Source: Octopus sinensis (taxonomy: Eukaryota). Taken from it: a DNA stretch of 64,000 nucleotides. The notes below the pieces were generated by a model. The model saw nothing but the letters and a program-made list of their open reading frames with translations. It was not told where the DNA came from and did no database searches. Below, piece by piece: positions 1 to 64,000 of the stretch (positions within the stretch are counted from its first letter, which is position 1; each line of letters begins with the position of its first letter). Location of the stretch: positions 90,458,001 to 90,522,000 of the forward strand of contig NC_043004.1 in NCBI RefSeq assembly GCF_006345805.1, read 5' to 3'. Position numbers and translations under genes: made by a program.

Positions 1-336
1 GATAATCCTCAGTGTCACAAGGCTGCAACCTTTGAATCATATATGAGGGGAAGTCAAAGATTATCTGCAATTTTGTCTCTGTGGAAAGGCCATCATAAAG
101 CTGTTTGAAAGCAGGTACAAGTTTTGAGTAGGTTTTGCTTGTTGAAGTGGTGAGCAAAAAGAATGGTTCAACAGGATGCAGTCCAATCAGCACTCCAGTG
201 CAATACAAGACTTTGAGGAACTCCAGATCTATGAAGCATCATACGATACAAGCCAGCTGGTTAGTAACATGGTCGTATTTCACCAAATACAATGCCACAT
301 CATCCAAGTGGTACAAAGTTAATGCACAAGTTAATG

Positions 337-669
337 CATAAGCGGAAGGTGTAACCTCTCGAAAGAGCTGTTCTTCACTCCTGCTCCAGAGCGTCAGCTG
401 CGGGGTCATTCCGAAAAGCTCTATCTGCGACGATTTCATCTCAATCGAAGGAGAGGGGCTTTCTCCGTCCGGGTTGCGGATCCGTGGAATAAGCTGCCGG
501 ACGAGATGGTGAGGATGCCGACAACCGCTCGGTTCAAAGTCTCCCTTGACCACAAGTGGCCTGAACTCTTTGCATGAACACCACCCTGTACATAACTCCA
601 TGTCCCCCTACATGGCCTTGCTTTTTGCTTTTTGAGCCAAAAAATTAACTAACTAACTAACTAACTAAC
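337..669 (+). mobile_element. CR1-clade LINE 3' end (5'-truncated)
   Basis: Translates LRGHSEKLY...AFSVRVADPWNKLP...FKVSLD (CR1 ORF2 C-terminus); (CTAA)n tail. Confidence 0.8.
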
Positions 670-2864
670 GAGTCAAAGTGAGGTGGTTAAAGCATTCATT
701 CTTCAGGACAACAGATTTATTAACCCAGGGTTGAATGTGCTTGTCGAATTCACTGTCTTTGTTCTATGACTTGTGATCAAAATCATGGTTGATTAATCTT
801 GTTATGCAATCAAGAGCCTGTTCAGTGACACCGGGTGAGCTCGATGTTGCATTCATAAGAAAACTCAAGTCTTGTCCAATTGCGTTCTTAATGTTACTTC
901 ACTGTTTAGTTATTACTTGATCGAACATAAGTAAAGGGTGCAAATTGCAAAACAGATGTTTAGGTATGTGTTCTGTGCCGAGATTTCCTGCTACAATCTC
1001 TTCAACCCCCAACATTGTGATGTTTGGGCCCAGATAACAAAATCAATTTTTTTCAAATAGTGTTTTAAGCAAGATATTAGTTTCTGCTTCTTGTAGTGAA
1101 AGTACAGCCACTTTTAAGTCAGCTAGGTTATTTCTTGCTTCTGATGCTACAAGCAAAGTTGGCAAAAGTCCATAATGACCATCAATAGTCAACCCCTGGA
1201 CAGAGAAAGATCCAGCTCCCTGCTTTTTAGGTCCATCATCAGAATAAGCATGACTGACGTTTTATCACAAATCATATCTCTTTTACAATTCTGTCCAATG
1301 CCAGAAGTTCAATACTTTTACCAGCCTCTTGAATGTTACAGGGTGCAGGCAAAGTGTCTAGATCTATGAAATCTGTCCGATCGTGTGCCTTCCAACTTCT
1401 ACCAAACAATTTATTACCCACTGTTATCAAAGTCCCATTTGCTTGTTTCTGAAACATATAGGTGTACATTATTGTTTTTTTTTGTTTTTCTATATGAGGA
1501 TGGTTGGTGAAGTGTATAAATTCAGCATTTTGGCTTATAACATTCTGTCACACATTTTAAATAAAAGATTTGAACTTCTAGACCACACAAACATATGAAT
1601 TGACATAAAATAAGTCGCCTATCTGATATACCATGATCTATCTAAATAGTGAATTTTGGCTGCCATCTTATATTTCCACAATCTTGCAAAAATTTCATTA
1701 GTTAGAATAAGCTTATTTTATATCAGTATACTTATTAGTAAATTAAAGTTGTTGTTTTTTATGTAGTTTCATTCAAAATTATGCATTATATATATTAAAA
1801 TGTGATTTTATCACCATATCAGAGGGTTATCAACTTTCAAGGAGCTTGTACAGTGGGGTTAGCACATTCAGTTTGTGGAAATTTTGGTTTTGAGGTGATA
1901 TTTGGACCTAACCACAACTTTTGATGGGTTTCCAAAAAAAAAAACATTAGGATTTACATCTATGCCTATTGTCTTCATAATATCTAGTCAAGGATAAATA
2001 TTACCTTACTTTGAAACAGGTGAGGGTTGGAAACAGGAGCATCATCTGGCTGTAAAAATGTCCTCCTCAGCAAATTTTGTCCAACTCCTGCAAGCATGCA
2101 AAAGTGAATATTAAAACAATGATGATGACATAAATTACAAGAAAACTTAGAAAATACTTTTTCTTGTAAAATTCTTCATGTTTTGGAAAGATCTAGAAAA
2201 CAAAAAGGATAATAGGAATCTCTCTCTCTCTTTCGGAGAGGCACAAGCACATATACACACACGGCAGTAACTTCCACCTGCCGAATTCAATCACAAAGCT
2301 TCGGTCGGCTCGGGGCTATAGCAGAAGACACCTACCCAAAGTGCCACGCAGTGGGACTGAACCCGAAACCATATAGCTAGGAAGCAAGCTCCCTAACCAC
2401 ACAGCCATGCCCGCGCGTTAAAAATGTAATTAATTTGAAGAACTGGATGTATACTCAAAGTATACTTTTAAGCTCAATGTCTGTGAGGTTAAGGAAGTAA
2501 GCTACTGACCAACCACACAGTCATATGTTCAAACCTCATCTGGGCAAGTCATTGTGTTGTACTCTTGAGCAAGAGCTTCAATTAACCTTACTGGACTAGG
2601 ACAAAATAAGGAAAGATATAGGCATAAGTAAATCCAAAGACCCAGTTTTTTGATAACATACACAATTATAATAATTTCTAACTGTTACAAAGCCACAAGG
2701 TGTTATTAATTGAACTTACTCTAATATTGAAAAGGTATATATTTTATTGATCCTGGAGGGAAGACAATGTCCAACATGGCAGGACAGACTAAAACACCAT
2801 AAGGCTTAGCTGACAGCCGTTTAATATTTATTAATTTCAATTTACTATAATAAAATATACATCA

Positions 2865-3102
2865 TTGATTTCTTGGTTGGTGTCTAGTTTTGTGTTGACT
2901 CAAGCCAATTGATCCCTTGGTTAGTGTCTGACAGCATGTTGACTCGAGTCAGTAATTGGCAATATGTTGACTCAAGCCAATTGATTTCTTGGTCAGTATC
3001 TGGGCATCATATTAACTCGAGCCAGTTGATCCCTTGGTCACTGTTTTGCATTATGTTGACTCAAACAAATTGATTTTTTTGATCAGTATCTAGTGTTATG
3101 TT
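2865..3102. repeat. Degenerate ~44-bp tandem repeat (about 5 units)
   Basis: Recurrent ttgatYYcttggt...atgttgactcRagcca. Confidence 0.65.
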
Positions 3103-3115
3103 AATAAAGTCAATA

Positions 3116-3510
3116 GGCGTAGGAGTGGCTGTGTGGTAAGTAGCTTGCTTACCAACCACATGGTTCCGGGTTCAGTCCCACTGCGTGGCACCTTGGGTAA
3201 GTGTCTTCTACTATAGCCTCAGGCCGACCAAAGCCTTGTGAGTGGATTTGGTAGACGGAAACTGAAAGAAGCCCGTCGTATATATGTATTATATGTGTGT
3301 ATTTGTTTGTGTGTCTGTGTTTGTCCCCCCAACATCGCTTGACAACCGATGCTGGTGTGCTTACGTCCCCGTCACTTAGTGGTTTCGGCAAAAGAGACCG
3401 ATAGAATAAGTACTAGGCTTCTAAAGAATAAGTCCTGGGGTCGATTTGCTCGACTACAGGCGGTGCTCCAGCATGGCCACAGTCAAACGACTGAAAAAGT
3501 AAAAGAGAGA
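3116..3510 (+). mobile_element. tRNA-derived SINE, family 1 (CORE-like)
   Basis: A box gtggctgtgtggt, B box ggttcagtccc, CORE-like ccttgggYaagtg, internal (TA/TG)n, AAAGAGT-type tail; many copies in window. Confidence 0.85.
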
Positions 3511-3564
3511 GTGATTGTGTTGGTTGAGTGAACTGTTTAAAATATCTGTTTTTTAACTTTACAG

Positions 3565-63104
<59,540 letters not shown>

Positions 63105-64000
63105 GTGAGTGACAGAAATTGAGCTGTTTCTCTTAATATTTTGCCTTTATTTTACATTATCATTTCTTTCATTATTATTGCTATTATTATTTTCTTGCTT
63201 ATTTTTTTGCCTCGTTTTGCAAGTGTGAATGTATGTATGTACATTATGCCTATATGTATGTATGTATAATAATAATAATAATATTGCACTGCCACATTGT
63301 TGCAAAGTAACCACATAGCCTTTGCCTGCACCTTTTATAATATATATATATATATATACATATATGTATATATATATGTATATATATATAGGCGAATGAA
63401 TTATCCTATGTTTATTGTCAGCATGGAAAATTCGTTTAACCGAAACCTGGGTAGCAAATTCACGTCAGAAATTCATGTGCAGAAATTTGTGTGTTGTATA
63501 TGAATAAATGAAAGAATGGAGTCAAACGAAGATGTTAACATGTTGTCTTCGAAACATATGTCGAGAGTAAAGGAATTTTGTTAACATTTTCGTTCGACTC
63601 CATTCTTTCATTTATTTATATATGTATATATATATATTGTTTTGAGTTCAGTCCCACTGTGCAGCACCTTGGGCAAGTGTCTTCTATTATCACATTGGAC
63701 TGATAGAAGCTTCATACATGAATTTAAAGGATGGAAGTCAAAAGATGCATTTCATGTGTGTGTTTATTTGTTTTTGCACCACATGCTTGTTGTAAAAGAG
63801 CATCACTGTCATACAAGTGGTGTCGTTTATTAGTAATTTTTCATGTAAACATATTGATCCATTGCACCATTTACATTTGAAAGGTTAGGAAAAATATTAC
63901 CTTAGTTAGGAACAGGTGAGGATTGACAATAGGAAGAGTATCCAACTGTACAAAATCTGCCTCGGTGAAATCCATCTGACCTGTGCATAAAATGGAAAAG

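Noticed and set aside
3116-3190. tRNA-like A and B boxes
   Set aside because: SINE heads with no full cloverleaf; not tRNA genes.

Overview
Eukaryotic, AT-rich, repeat-dense DNA. The SINE/LINE content suggests an octopus or related coleoid cephalopod (inference). The whole window lies inside one + strand multi-exon gene for focal adhesion kinase (FAK/PTK2). Eighteen GT-AG exons (3565..63104, 2130 nt, 710 codons) join in a consistent phase and encode the FERM F2-F3 lobes, the linker with the Y397-equivalent DYAEI, the full tyrosine kinase domain and the start of the Pro-rich tail. The N-terminus and FAT domain lie outside the window. Introns carry tRNA-derived SINEs (3 families), RTE and CR1 LINE fragments, a decayed Ty3/Gypsy element, a mariner relic, Helitron-like elements, MITEs, hairpins and microsatellites. 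Most ORFs in the supplied track are repeat artefacts. The main lead is a set of short frame-preserving candidate cassette exons around the autophosphorylation exon, including one at the position of vertebrate neuronal FAK box 7 with a downstream GCATG cluster. Other leads are inverted SINEs flanking the Y397 exon, a reciprocal local duplication around two kinase exons, a PHD finger inside an RTE reverse transcriptase and hammerhead-like relics.
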